This document shows, piece after piece, positions 12,472-25,297 of a stretch of 64,000 bases of DNA. Source of the DNA: Octopus vulgaris. Taxonomy: Eukaryota. Location: contig OX597828.1 of the NCBI GenBank assembly GCA_951406725.2, forward strand, positions 49,352,001 to 49,416,000, read 5' to 3'. Below the pieces are notes generated by a model. It did not search any database. It had not been told where the DNA came from and saw only the letters and a list, made by a program, of their open reading frames with translations. A program made the position numbers and the translations under genes. The number at the start of each line of letters is the position of its first letter. Positions within the stretch are counted from its first letter, which is position 1.

Positions 12472-12698
12472 TTGACCCTTTAGGGTTCAGATTACTCAGT
12501 CAAATGTAATACATACTCATTCATGCTGATTTGAATGAATCATGCATTATCTTTGTGGTTTTAAGATTTCAATGATGTGATTGCTTGTTTTGAATGACAT
12601 CGTTAGGTACAGGTGAGCGGCCAGAATCGGCCTGTTTGAACATAAAACAGGTAGAAAATTTGGGGCTGGAAATGGCCGGTTAAAATGTAAAAGGGTTA
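12472..12698 (-). mobile_element. piggyBac-type MITE family 1
   Basis: ttgaccctttag...aaaagggttaa termini. Confidence 0.8.
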
Positions 12699-13044
12699 AG
12701 AGAAGAACAGGACAGGAGTATCAATGATTCTAAAGTGATGAAGTCTGATAATAGCAGCACCTGTTGCTGTATAGCAAATTCCTCATCTGAGGTGTCTGTG
12801 AGTAAGTGATGAGAGAGCAGGAGGAAAGGGATAATGGTGAGGAGGAGGAGGAGAGTAGGAGGAAAAGGATGAGGAGAAAGGGAGAGTGTGTATTGTAACA
12901 GAGACAGAGATGTCATAACTGATGAACACGCACACACACACACCTGTTGGGTTGATTGTACCTGTAACTCAAATGATACAGGTTTGTTACACACACTGTG
13001 TCATACTGATCCTGCCTGAGAATTACATTAAGGGCACACATGTC

Positions 13045-13239
13045 TGATGATGATGTCTGTGGAACACTCAGCCACTTATATGTTAATTATCTGCCCCTGA
13101 ATTAACATATAAGTGGCTGAGTGTTCCACAGACATCATCATCATCATCATCATTTAGCATGGAAAGCGGATGCTAAATGATGATGATGATGTCTGTGGAA
13201 CACTCAGCCACTGATATGTTAATTCAGGGGCAGATAATT
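13045..13239. repeat. Direct-inverted-direct triplication (double palindrome)
   Basis: 44-bp arms 13045-13088 / 13100-13143; ~70-bp arms 13085-13160 / 13170-13239. Confidence 0.9.
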
Positions 13240-13921
13240 CAGTAGATCAAACAACTGAACCCTCATTAAAGTGTGCATATGTATCACGCAGATACATACA
13301 CACACATGCTGTATGTATATATGTGTGTGTGTGTAAGTTATATGTCCTTTGTGTGAGTGTGTGAAGTTGCTATACATATAGTATCAGGTCATTTTATATG
13401 CTACTACTAACATAATCCTATAGAACCTGTCACATGGTTGAGCTGTCAGTGACTAAACCAGTCTAACCTGGAAGGGTGGGTTATTGGGTTGTGGGAAACT
13501 GAGCAAGAAAGACCACACAATTTGAAAAAGGGAGAAATTAATCCAGCATAGAATCAACAGCTGTCTCACAACAGGGAGCAGGGACATGGAAATACTAAAT
13601 ACTAAGACCTCAATGGGAGTGAGGGACCCCTAGCCTTTGTTAGAACATCTGTGCTTTAGAGGGGTCAATAGAGCTACTTAGCCATAGCATGGGCAACTTA
13701 TCTGCACTACTTGGCTGCCATGTAGGTGGGTCCAAGAAAACAAAGGGATAGGCAGCCTTCTTTGAGAGAAAAACTAAGTCACAGGTGTCAGCTTTAACCC
13801 TTCATTACCATCATCATTGTTTAACGTCCACTTTCCATGCTGGCATGGGTTGGACGGTTTGACAAAGGGCTGGCGAGCCAGTAAGCTGCACCAGGCCCCA
13901 ATCTGATCTGGCAAGGTTTCT

Positions 13922-14140
13922 TATTTCTTTACTGCCTACAAGGGGCTACACAAGGACAGACAAACAAATTAAGTCGATTATATCGATCCTCAGTGCATAA
14001 CTGGTACTTATTTAATCAACCCTGAAAGGATGAAAGACAAAGTTAACCTCAGTGGAATTTGAACTCAGAATGTAGCAGCAGATGAAATACCGCTAAGCAT
14101 TTCACCCGGCGTGCTAACATTTCTGCCAGCTCATCGCCTT
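13922..14140 (-). mobile_element. SINE family B with 16-bp target-site duplication
   Basis: atctggcaaggtttct at 13906-13921 and 14141-14156. Confidence 0.9.
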
Positions 14141-14394
14141 ATCTGGCAAGGTTTCTACAGCCAGTTGCCCTTCCTAACACCAACCACTCTGAGAGTGTAG
14201 CGGATGCTTTTTAAGTGCCATCAGCACGGGAGCCAGTCAGGTGGTACTGGCATCGACCATGCTCGAATGGTGCTTTTTAGGTGCCACCTTTGTGTTACCA
14301 TATTTCTATTGAGATACACTGCTTTTGTTTCAGTTGAAGTTTTGAAAATAACAAAAAATTTAGTGAAATAACCGTCATTATTTCAATGGTGTTT

Positions 14395-14639
14395 TAAGGT
14401 GACAAGCTGGCAGAATTCTTACCATGCTGGGTAACAGTGCTTAGCAGCATTTCCTCTGACTTTAAGCTCAGAGTTCACATGCCACCGGGGTTGACTTTGC
14501 TTTTCATTCTTTGGTGGTGGTGGGGGGAGTCGATGAAATAAAGTACCATTTGAACACTGGGGTTGATGTAATAGACATACCCCCTCTTCTGAACTTGCTG
14601 GCCTTGTGCCAAAATCTGAATTCATTTTTTTTTTTTTTT
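14395..14639 (+). mobile_element. SINE family B with 9-bp target-site duplication
   Basis: aatggtgtt at 14385-14393 and 14640-14648. Confidence 0.8.
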
Positions 14640-15162
14640 AATGGTGTTCAAAAGATAAATTAAGCATGAAAATTTGATGTAAGGTTTTAATTTAGATCTC
14701 TTTAAAACAGTAAGTTGATATAATAGATCCAGGGATGATCTCAAGCAGGTTAGTTTCAAAAGGATTAAGGGAGTTTCTGACAGACTGGATTTCAGGCAGA
14801 ATCTCACAGCTGGGAGAAAGTATCAGTTATCTTAGCAAATGCTTACCACTGGAATCTATTTCTTTTGCAGCAAAGATAGGGATACAGGGAAACACATCCC
14901 ACCTGCCACTTTTAGTTTTTGACTTGTTTCAGCTATTAGACTGTGGCCATACTGGGGTACCACTTGGAAGAAGTCTTTTTATTTGAATGAATCAATCCAA
15001 GTACATGCTTTTTTTAAAGCCTGGTAATTATTTTGTCAGTCTCTCTTGTCATACTGCTATGTTGTGGGGACATAAACACACCAACACCAGTTGTCAGATG
15101 GTGGTGGGAGACAAACACAAAGTCATACACATATGGAAATATATATATATATATATATATAT

Positions 15163-15357
15163 CAGTCGCCATGACAGATCGTTAGCCACTACACACATTT
15201 TTTTTCTCTCCTTGTTTTTTTCTGTGTACCTTTCTGTAGAAGAGCATAGGCTCGAAACGTAAAAGACTTTTTTCTATTCCTGAGTGTTATACTAATACAT
15301 CTGTTTGTTTTGTACACCACCTGTCTTCGTCTTTTGTTTTTTTTGTAAACTTTCCCT
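15163..15357 (+). mobile_element. 195-bp hammerhead-bearing mini-element inserted in the (TA)n tract of a SINE
   Basis: Bounded by TA runs 15139-15162 and 15358-15370; SINE family A sequence resumes on both sides. Confidence 0.7.
15230..15265 (+). ncRNA. Minimal hammerhead-like motif (Penelope-type, variant core)
   Basis: cttt-CTGTAGA-a-gagc atag gctc-GAAA-CG-TA-aaag: 4-bp stems I and II; stem III reduced to palindromic CG; A6 replaced by U. Confidence 0.6.
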
Positions 15358-15921
15358 TATATATATATATGACAGGCTTCTTTCAGTTTCCATCTATCAA
15401 ATCCAAATCCACTCACCAGGCTTTGGTCAGCCCAAGGCTATAGTAGCAGACACTTGCTCAAGGTACCCAGGAGTGGAGCTTAATCCGGAGCCATGTGGTT
15501 GGGGAAACAAGCTTCTTACCATACAGCCACACCCACACCTATACTATGAAGCTTTGTTGCACAGTTATCTCCCCCTGCAATGAGGATTAAGGATCATCAG
15601 TCCTGCGAGTGGCTGTTATCATTACAGCAGTTAGAGTATGATGTGTCTATGACAATAACACCAGCACCATCGCAGTTGTTGCCTCACACGTGAGGAGAGG
15701 CACTTGGTGAAAGTAGTCATGGATTACTGGCTGTTCGTGCACCTTCATCCCCGGTTGTTGTTGCTCTGTCACAAATCATGCAAGGATCCACAGTTGAGGG
15801 AGAGAAGCTGATTATCATTGAAACTGATGGATAACCAGAAATAAGTATACATATATACATACATACATACACATAGCTCATAGCTAAATGTTTCTACACA
15901 CACATGTATGCATCTGCCAGT

Positions 15922-15977
<56 letters not shown>

Positions 15978-16108
15978 TATGTACATGTCTTTACATGTCT
16001 GAGACTGTGAGTGCAAGCCACTTATAATCATAGATAATGTTTATCAAAATGTCCACACAAAAAAAAAGAATAAATCATAAAACAATCATAGAACAATCAT
16101 AAAATATA

Positions 16109-16477
16109 GGTGTAGGAGTGGCTGTGTGGTAAGTAGCTTGCTTACCAACCACATGGTTCCGGGTTCAATCCCACTGCGTGGCACCTTGGGCAAGTGTCAT
16201 CTACTATAGCCTCGGGCCGACCAAAGCATTGAGGGGATTTGGTAGACGAAAACTAAAAGAAGTCCGTCATATATATGTATATGTGTGTGTGTGTGTGTGT
16301 GTTTGGGTGTCTGTGTTTGTACCCCCAACATCGCTTGACAACTGATGCTAGTGTGTTACGTCCCCATAACTTAGCGGTTCGGCAAAAGAGACAGATTGAA
16401 TAAGTACTAGGCTTACAAAGAATAATTCCTGGGGTCAAATGACTGAAACAAGTAAAAGAGTAAGAGAGTAAAAGAGT
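16109..16477 (+). mobile_element. SINE family A (internal deletion near 3' end)
   Basis: ggtgtaggagtggctgtgtggtaagtagc head; aagagtaaaagag tail. Confidence 0.9.
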
Positions 16478-17222
16478 GTATCTTTATCATCAAATTTACT
16501 TGTATCTTTACAACATGACCAAAGTTTCAGCATTCACTCAAGCAAGTGGGCAAATGGGCAAACAAGGTATTACAATAATTATGTAATAACAATTAATAAT
16601 ACCTTCTCCGCTCTCTCCCACCAGAGTCAAGGACACTTAATCCCTCTTGACTAAAAGACCAAGTAAAAGAAAGAAACCCCAAATCTATTGTCTGTTACAA
16701 AAGTATTCAACACTTACAGGACTTGAGATTTCCTGGAAAGAGTACCACGGGGATCCATGATCTGACCCACTCTTCTTAGCAAAATCTATACAGCCTTTCT
16801 ATGAAGCCTTCATAAAACATACACGGCTCAAACTCACACACACAAATGGCATCACACTCACATCTTCCCACCATTCTTTAGACTCATACAAATTACTCAG
16901 AGATCTGAACCTGGTTCCACAATGACAAAGAAGCAGCAATAACCTTTGCCAGATACACCATCTTCCCTTTTAATCACCATCGTTAGACAATACGATATTC
17001 AATCACCCATCAAACTCAACAACATAAACACATAAAAAGACAGAAATACTATAAATTACAGCATATTTAGAAGACACTGTAAAGAAAGCTAAGCTTAGGG
17101 CAATCCTGGGCCCCACATCTGACCAACAGGAAGAAGCAACACCAGTGCCCAGTTAATACATCAGATCAATTGTAAGTTAATACCAGTCCTGCTTGGGTTC
17201 TTAATCTCTCTACAGCAAAACG

Positions 17223-17422
17223 TTAATCCATTAGCATTCAGATTACTGTCAAATGTATTACTTATTTATTCACCTTGTTTTGAATTAATTATGCTTTATC
17301 ATGTGGCTCCGAGATTTCAATGATGTGATTGCTTTTTTTTTATAATGACATTGTAGGGTAGGTGTGAGAGACCAGATTTAGCCAGTTTGAACATTTGGCC
17401 AGTTTAAATGCCAAAGAATTAA
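17223..17422 (-). mobile_element. piggyBac-type MITE family 1, internally deleted
   Basis: Body match; decayed TTAA-bounded termini. Confidence 0.7.
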
Positions 17423-17844
17423 ACTACAAAAGACACAGAGCAACACATTGTGCTTTGTAACAGTAGACCTCATCCACAAACATTACACGACAAAACAAAG
17501 ATACTTAAAAATTGAAGACCACCTGCACTTGTGAGGGAGCTCAGCTTGTTAGCACAGCAAGCTCCAACTTCTAATCACTCCTCCAGATACAGAAACAACA
17601 CCTCCAGAACAGTACACCATCAAGGACATCTTAAAAACACTCCACCTCCCATTTGATCCAAACATAAAAAGACCCATACACACAGACATTGGTGCAACAT
17701 CAAAAGTTTCAATAGAGCCCTAACACTGCGAAGGGGGTGTACAACTATCAACAATAATTGATAAGGAAAGTCTCCAATCCTATGCTTTGGCTGCAGCAAG
17801 AATCTGCAGATATAGAAAAGTACACTGGACAGTGGAGAGTAAAA

Positions 17845-18105
17845 AGAAAAAAAGGTAAAGTTAGCTTCTCGAGTCATACCAACTCATAAAGGCCAATTTC
17901 CGGGTTTCATGGCATATGTATTCTCCACCAGGATGGGGCGCCAGTCCATTGCAGGATTACTCATTTCTGCCACCTGAGTGGACTGGAGCATCGTGCAATG
18001 AAGTGCTTTGCTCAAGAACACAACGCGTCGCCCGGCCCAGGAATTGAAACCACAATCTTATGATGAGGAGTCCAACAGCCTAACCACTAAGCCACGTGCC
18101 TCCAC
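17845..18105 (-). mobile_element. tRNA-derived SINE family D
   Basis: Minus strand tggaggcacgTGGCTTAGTGG...GGTTTCAATTCC, core ttgagcaaagcacttca...ctccagtccactcag...aaatgagt, tail aactttacc. Confidence 0.8.
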
Positions 18106-19821
18106 AGTGGAGAGATTGGAGAGAGTGCATTACGTTATGTCCATACTATCGCACTGCATATCATATGATTTATCACTGCTGCATGTCAGAGTGTGCAGTG
18201 CAATGTGCAGGTAAGCAGACACAAGATGCAACTGAGAAAATGGATTTGTGAACCATAGGCCTTCTCGATCAGGACTGACCTGGGAACCACACAACAATAA
18301 TTACAACAACAACAACAACTATTATTGTAAAAACTAACTCAACAACTATTACAACTACTGCAACTACTACTACTACTACACCTGCAGCAGTACCACCCAC
18401 CTACACTACACAGCCACCCTTTGACTCTCAGTAATAAACATATTAAGTAATGTTTCCTAGATGAGTCACTCTCCACAGTAACTCCCACTCACGTACGAAC
18501 CAACAAATTATGTTAACCCAACACTCAGTTTCCCTTTCAAGTAATTCATAATCCCTAACTTCATGGCTCATGTCACACCATAAAACTACAACACAACTAC
18601 AGCACTACTTCAGCACACCACCCTACCACCATACTATGCCATACCACACTACAACAGTACACCGGATCAGACCACACTATTACCATACTGCTATACCATA
18701 TCACACCACACTACAAGACTATACTGTATCACACCCCATCACCACAACACTGCTACAAAAACTACTACAGCACTTTACCACAATACACTGGCACCATACA
18801 ATATCACACCATACAACTGTGTACTACACCACATTAATACAACACTACCTACACCACACTAGCACTGCTACAGTAGCCATGAAATCTGTAATTAATTAAG
18901 AGACCAACACAGGCCAGAAGAGTCACCAGTGAAGTATATGGTAGTGGTGGTGGTGGTGGTGGCAGCGGTGAACGTAGCCGAGATGGTTTTCAATTCGAAG
19001 GAGAAATAATGTATCTGTTCTGTTCTGTTAGTGGAGAATTTAATGAGAAGAAGAAGAAAGTATTGGCATTGATGATGAAAGAGAAGATGGTTTGTCATCA
19101 TCGACAGAGAAGAAACGGAGAAATAGAGGAGAATTGGTTCTTCGTGCAGCTGAAATCAGCAGTAATCAATACATAACAGCTTGCAGGGAGAAACAGCAGC
19201 CTAGATTAACAAACCAAACCAGCCTCCACCCCTGCTCTCTCTCTCCGTCTTTGTCTCTCTTTGTCTCTCTTTCCTTCTCTCTCGCCTCCCTAGCGCTCAC
19301 TGTAGAATCTGCCAAAGAACTACAACAGCAGCCAAGATTAACAAAAGCAACCTCTCTTTCTTTCTCTCTCTCACACAGACACAGACACACACAGACACAT
19401 ACATTACACACACACCTCCTCTGTTTCTCCTCCCTGGTACAGCAGATCTGCCAAACAACAGCAGCAGCAACAACAACACTAATGCTCATGAAGCACTTCT
19501 GCGGCCATTTATCAATAAGACAGCAAGCAGCCATCATCAGTACCACTACCACCACCACCACCACTGCCACCACCATCGCCACCATCACCACAGCACCGCC
19601 TATTGCCATCGCTGTCGTCGGCGCCATCGCCATCAGAAGATACAGTTTCTTCAGCTGAAATAGTGAAGCCTGCTGCAGCAAAATGTGAAATTGATATTTT
19701 AGCATTTATAGAAATAGTTGTGGAAGTGAATTCACTTCAGTGCCAGTTACCGAAATCCATTGAGTCAGGTTTATTGTAAACTAAACAGATGGGTGATGGG
19801 GTGGAGGGTGTGGAACGTGTG

Positions 19822-19883
<62 letters not shown>

Positions 19884-20778
19884 TGTGGAGCAGGCAGAGG
19901 CATTTTAAAGGAATATTTTCTGGGATTATTGAAATTATTATCATTATTTAAATAAGTTGTCAGATTATAAAATAAGTAGTATTCTGTCAAGGAAAATATA
20001 TATTACAACACTGTGTGTGTGTGTGTGTGTGTGTGTGCTACCATCATTGATTTTGTATATATGAGTGAATATCATCATCATCATTACTTGATGTCATTTT
20101 TTTTCCATGCTGACATGGGTTGGACAGTTTGGCAAGAACAGACAGGCCAGAGGCCTCCGGCAGGTTCTCTGTCAGCCTTGGCATGATTTCGACCACTGGA
20201 TGCACTTCCTAATGCCAACCACCCTTACAGCATGTAGTGGGAGCTTTTTAAAGGGCACTAGCATCCACAAGATAAGACCCTCACTTAAACTGAGCTAAGT
20301 ATGGAGTGGCAAAATATGTGTATGTGTGTACACGTCTCCTTGTCTTCATATTGTGTGATAGTCGTAAACAAGTATCACCATCATACAGGCAGTATCAGTT
20401 GTTTCTCATCTTCAAGGAAAAGCATCTCTGGCCATGGGGAAATATTTCCTTATTTGGAAACAGGTGAGGGTTGGCGACTGGAAGAGCATCCAGCCACAGA
20501 AGATGGGCTTCAACAAATTCTCTCCAACTCGTGATACACAGGAAAGTGATAATGACCACAATCATGGTGTTGATGATGTATGTATGCATAAAAGCAGTTG
20601 AATTAGAAGAGTTTTTTTTTTTTTAAACAAAATATGTTATATTTGTTCCAGTTCTCTGCATTCTGAGTTCAAATTAGGTCTGAGGTCAACTTTGCCTTTC
20701 ACACTCTTAACCCGTATATGCCCTTAAAAAATTTCACTGTAATTTGATTAAACATTATGGTAAGCTTTCACGATGATA

Positions 20779-21173
20779 GGCGTAGGAGTGGCTGTGTGGT
20801 AAGTAGCTTGCTTACCAACCACATGGTTCTGGGTTCATTCCCCACTGCGGGGCAAGTGTCTTCTACTATAGCCTCGGGCCGGCCAAAACCTTGTAAGTGG
20901 ATTTGGTAGACGGAAACTGAAAGAGGCCTATCGTATATATATATATATATATATATATGCATGTATGTATGTATATGTTTGTTTGTCAGTGTTTGTCCCT
21001 CCAACATCGCTTGACAACCGATGGCTGGTGTGTTTACGTCCCCGTAACTTAGCGGTTCAATAGAATAAGTAATAGGCTTACAAAGAATAAGTCCTGGGGT
21101 CGATTTGCTCGACTAAAGGCGGTGCCCCAGCATGGCTGCAGTCAAATGACTGCAACAAATAAAAGAATAAAAG
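20779..21173 (+). mobile_element. SINE family A
   Basis: Full head-to-tail match to family. Confidence 0.9.
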
Positions 21174-21484
21174 ATGTGAAAGAGAAAGACAGTATGCAAC
21201 TGTTAGCTATTGGTGTCGACTCCCTACTGAACATTTCATATGCTCGGTCAGATGCTCTCCCAGGAAGTTCATGTTCAAACAAGTAGGTGGAGGTTTTGCA
21301 TTGCAAAAATGCAGCCAGCGATATATGGGTCAAGTTAGTGAAGTTGAGGACAACTACAGTTCCCTCTGTCCCGCTCCCTCTCCCTCTCTCTCTCTCTCTC
21401 TCTGGTTGTCATATCCTGGATATTTTGTTGACTCATGGGTGGGAGGCCAGCCAGGAATGTGATGCATCTGCTCCTGAATATATG

Positions 21485-21718
21485 TATTTCTTTATTACCC
21501 ACAAGGGGTTAAACATAGAGGGGACAAACAAGGACAGACAAACGGATTAAGCCGATTATATCGACCCCAGTGCGTAACTGGTACTTAATTTATCGACCTC
21601 GAAAGGATGAAAGGCAAAGTCGACCTTGGCGGAATTTGAACTCAGAACGTAGCAGCTGACGAAATACGGCTATGCATTTCGCCCGGCATTCTAACGTTTC
21701 TGCCAGCTCGCCACCTTT
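21485..21718 (-). mobile_element. SINE family B, full length
   Basis: Near-identical to 7515-7748 and 28924-29156. Confidence 0.9.
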
Positions 21719-23043
21719 ATATATGACCATTTAAAACAAATGGCTAAAGCCATGTGCATTTTACCTAGCCATCCTTGACTCTCAGAGCTCACCGATTGAT
21801 GGATGGAAATTTTTTATCTTTTACTTGTTTCAGTCATTAGACTGCAGCCATGCTGGAGCACTGCCTTGAACTTTAAGAAAAGAGATCGGTGTTCTGTTGC
21901 ATCGAACAGGCTGTCAGCCAATGACCATTTACAGGCACGACCTTACTACTGCTTGACACAAGGTTGTTTTACCTGCTGTGTTTCTGACCCTCCTTAGACA
22001 ATCCAGTCCTGATGAGTTCCCTCATCAGAAGATTTAAATTTAGATCACTTTAAAACAAAGTTTGTAACATAGAACCAGGAATGGTGGTCTCGGGTGGATT
22101 GGTATGAAAAAAGTTAAAGAGAGGGATTATCGAACAAATGGTCTTTAGTTCAAAGCCTTATATAAGTTTATTTGGGTTGCTAACAGGTTCTGCAAATACT
22201 TCAGAGGTCAACAAACCATTCCAGTGACTTCTTCATCAGAATAAATTCAATAATTACATCAGTTAATTAGAAATATGAGCAGAGTACTAATTAATCCAAA
22301 TTAATCTCGCTACTGAGGATGGTCTTAACATAAATGGTTACAATTTCAGCATGTCAAAAGTTTTTTTATTTTGATTTCTTTTGGGAATTCATTAAACATT
22401 CTTCAAACTCACAAATACATTTTTTTGCTAAATATTATGAAATTTCTTGCAAATTCCGGTATTACTTTCTACATTCTTGTCTACTAAATTCCAACATCGG
22501 TTCTGTTTATTTTCTTACTCTTCCATTACTGAGGCTGAGTAAATATTTTTACAGCTGGCTAACCTTCTTAAATACAATCCACTCAACCATGAAGAAGAAA
22601 AAAGTGCAACATCTATTTTTTTCTCTTTTTCATTTTTTTTTCTCTTTCTGTCAACTCGATCAAAATGTGATGTATAAACGATATAATGAGACTAACGAGA
22701 CAACAAAAAGGCTTTTTATTACACAGTAAGGTTAGAACTCATTACCAAAGAGTCAATAACGAAGTACTTTTAAACATTACAGCCACTTAGGTTCTAAACC
22801 ATTCGGCTGGAAACATTTTCTAAGGAATCACTGAAATTGTACCATCACAGCTTTCTGCTGGAAGCTGCAGTCAGAATCAAATTAACAATATTGACCAGAG
22901 ACAGCATTTTATCACTCCAATACACAATTACAGTTCAATATTCACCAGTGACAACCTACACTCACTTCACTACACAAAATGATGCCTGATTTCACACAAT
23001 TCAATTGTTACATCCGCCGTCACAGCACAGTTGAGGTGCTGAA

Positions 23044-23079
<36 letters not shown>

Positions 23080-24216
23080 GCACAGACACACACAGACACA
23101 CACGTGTGTGTGTGTGTGTGTGTGCGTGCTCGCGTGTGCATACACAAACGGGATTCCGAGAAGGCGATCCGTGTGATATGACGATAGCTTTATTTCACAT
23201 CCTACTCTCTCTAAAGTTGTGGATTTTTATTAAACGGAGAGATGTTCAGTTTATAGGAAGATATCGAACAAACAGCAGCCATCAATGAGGATATCAGCAA
23301 ACAAAGAGAGGGAAGTTCTTGCCGAGAAAGGAATCGATGGCCAGTCAATCTAATATTTAAGATACATATTGTCTGCGAATCAAAACCATCCACCCATGTA
23401 TTGTATGGTATATATGCTATACACCATTGTGTGTGTGTGTGTGTGTGCATGCATAGATGTATATGCTAATATATATGTGTGTGTGTGGGTGTATATGTGC
23501 ATACACACACACACACCCACATGTATGTGTATGTATAAATGTGTGTGTGTGTGTGTATGTATAAATGTGTGTGTGTGTGTATGTATAAATGTGTGTGTGT
23601 GTGTGTGTGTATGTATAAATGTGTGTGTGTGTGTGTGTGTATGTATAAATGTGTGTGGGGGGTGGGGGTGTGCACATAAACACACAAGTGGGTGTATATG
23701 TCATGTGCTTAATGTTTATTTCATGGTGAAAACATAAGTGCTCAATACATTACACCGCCTTGTTCTGAAAGTGCGTAGTTGTGTGTGTGTGTATGTGTGT
23801 AAGTGTGAGAGAGAGAGAGAGAGTGTGTGTGTGTGTGTGTGAAATATAAACAGGATTAAACAAAACACTGCAAAGATGATAGTGTAAAACCTTTCGGTGG
23901 AGACATGTTTTTACCTTACATAAGACACACACACATTACATATATATATAGAGAGAGGGGGAGGGAAAGAGAGAGAGAAAGAGAGAGGAGAGAGAAAAGG
24001 AGAGAGAGAGAGGTGTGTGTGTGTTGCTTTGCTGGACAAAACTTTGAAGTCACTGTCAAAAATATTCTCATTTAAGAATATAAACATAAAAGCAAACATT
24101 AACATATATCTTTTATCTTTTGCTTGTTTCAGTCATCAGGCTGTGGCCATGCTGGGGCACCACCTTGAAGAATCTTTTTAGCCGAATGAATTGACCCCAG
24201 TACTTCATAAATATAT

Positions 24217-24502
24217 AGCTCAGTGGTTAAAGTGTTAGGCTTATAAACGTGAGGTGGTTAGTTCGATTCCCTGACCGGGCTGCGTGTTGTGCTCTTGAGC
24301 AAAACACTTTATTTCATGTCACTCCAGTTCACTCAGCTGTAGAAATGAGTTTCCACATCACTGGTGCCAAACTGTATCCCTTAGATAACACTGGTAGCAT
24401 GGAGAGGGGAGGCTGGTATGCATGGGTGACTGTTGGTCTTCCACAAGCAACCATGCTCAGACAATCACATGGTCATTCATGACTGACGGGGTCTTTACCC
24501 TT
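24217..24502 (+). mobile_element. tRNA-derived SINE sharing family D core with a different tail
   Basis: TAGCTCAGTGG...AGTTCGATTCC, cttgagcaaaacacttta...ctccagttcactcagctgtagaaatgagt. Confidence 0.75.
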
Positions 24503-24856
24503 AAAGTATACATACACCGTCTCCTTGACCTACAACTGAGTTCCGTTCTGACTAACAGGTCGTAAGTCGATCCGGTTGCATGTCAGATATATATTTTCCA
24601 ACACTATTTTCATTCATGCAACTGATGCTTGAAAGCAAGTGAGTGAGAGACAGGGGCAGGTAGGGGATGCCTGGGTCTGAGGGAGGCCTGCATTACCAGA
24701 TGCTCCCATAGTTATCATACGCACAGCTGCCCAACATCCAAAAATTGATGGTCAAAAATTGGAACATGCGAATGGTCATAAGCTACATAGGTTCTAAGTC
24801 AAGGAGGTGTGTGTGTGTGTGTGCATATATATATACATACCCACACGTGTGTATGT

Positions 24857-24908
<52 letters not shown>

Positions 24909-24998
24909 TTGCTCAGGCATTGTGCGACTAATAACACAATAACACACACAAATATATATACACACACACGTGTGTGTGTTTACATACATATATATATA

Positions 24999-25297
24999 TC
25001 ACGTGACCAACCAGACCATCAGATGTTGTTACACATCGCTGGTCACAATGCGTTCGCATTGTTTTAGCCTTCGAATGACGCCAACCCGCTGGCTAAGTGA
25101 GCAGGCCAACAGAAGAAAGAGTGAGAGAAAGAGTGGTGAAAGAGTACAGCAGGGATCACCACCATCCCTGCCGGAGCACCGTGGAGCTTTTAGGTGTTTT
25201 CGCTCAATAAACACTCACAACGCCTGATCTGGGAATTGAAACCGCGATCCTATGACCGCGAGTCCGCTGCCCTAACCACTGGGCCATTGCGCCTCCA
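24999..25297 (-). mobile_element. tRNA-derived SINE family E inserted in (TA)n
   Basis: Minus strand tggaggcgcaaTGGCCCAGTGG...GGTTTCAATTCC; CpG-rich (young); TA runs on both sides. Confidence 0.8.

Larger units (their letters stand above)
14912..15540 (-). mobile_element. SINE family A interrupted by a hammerhead mini-element
   Basis: Both halves match family A either side of 15163-15357. Confidence 0.8.

Noticed and set aside
16109-16185. tRNA-like A/B boxes in SINE heads as tRNA genes
   Set aside because: No complete cloverleaf; always continuous with SINE bodies.
19092-19705. 188-aa and 179-aa overlapping ORFs
   Set aside because: Dominated by simple repeats, no recognisable domain; region kept only as a possible non-coding island.
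24510-24600. Possible Tigger/mariner-type terminal fragment
   Set aside because: Only one vague end and no matching TIR or TA TSD identified.
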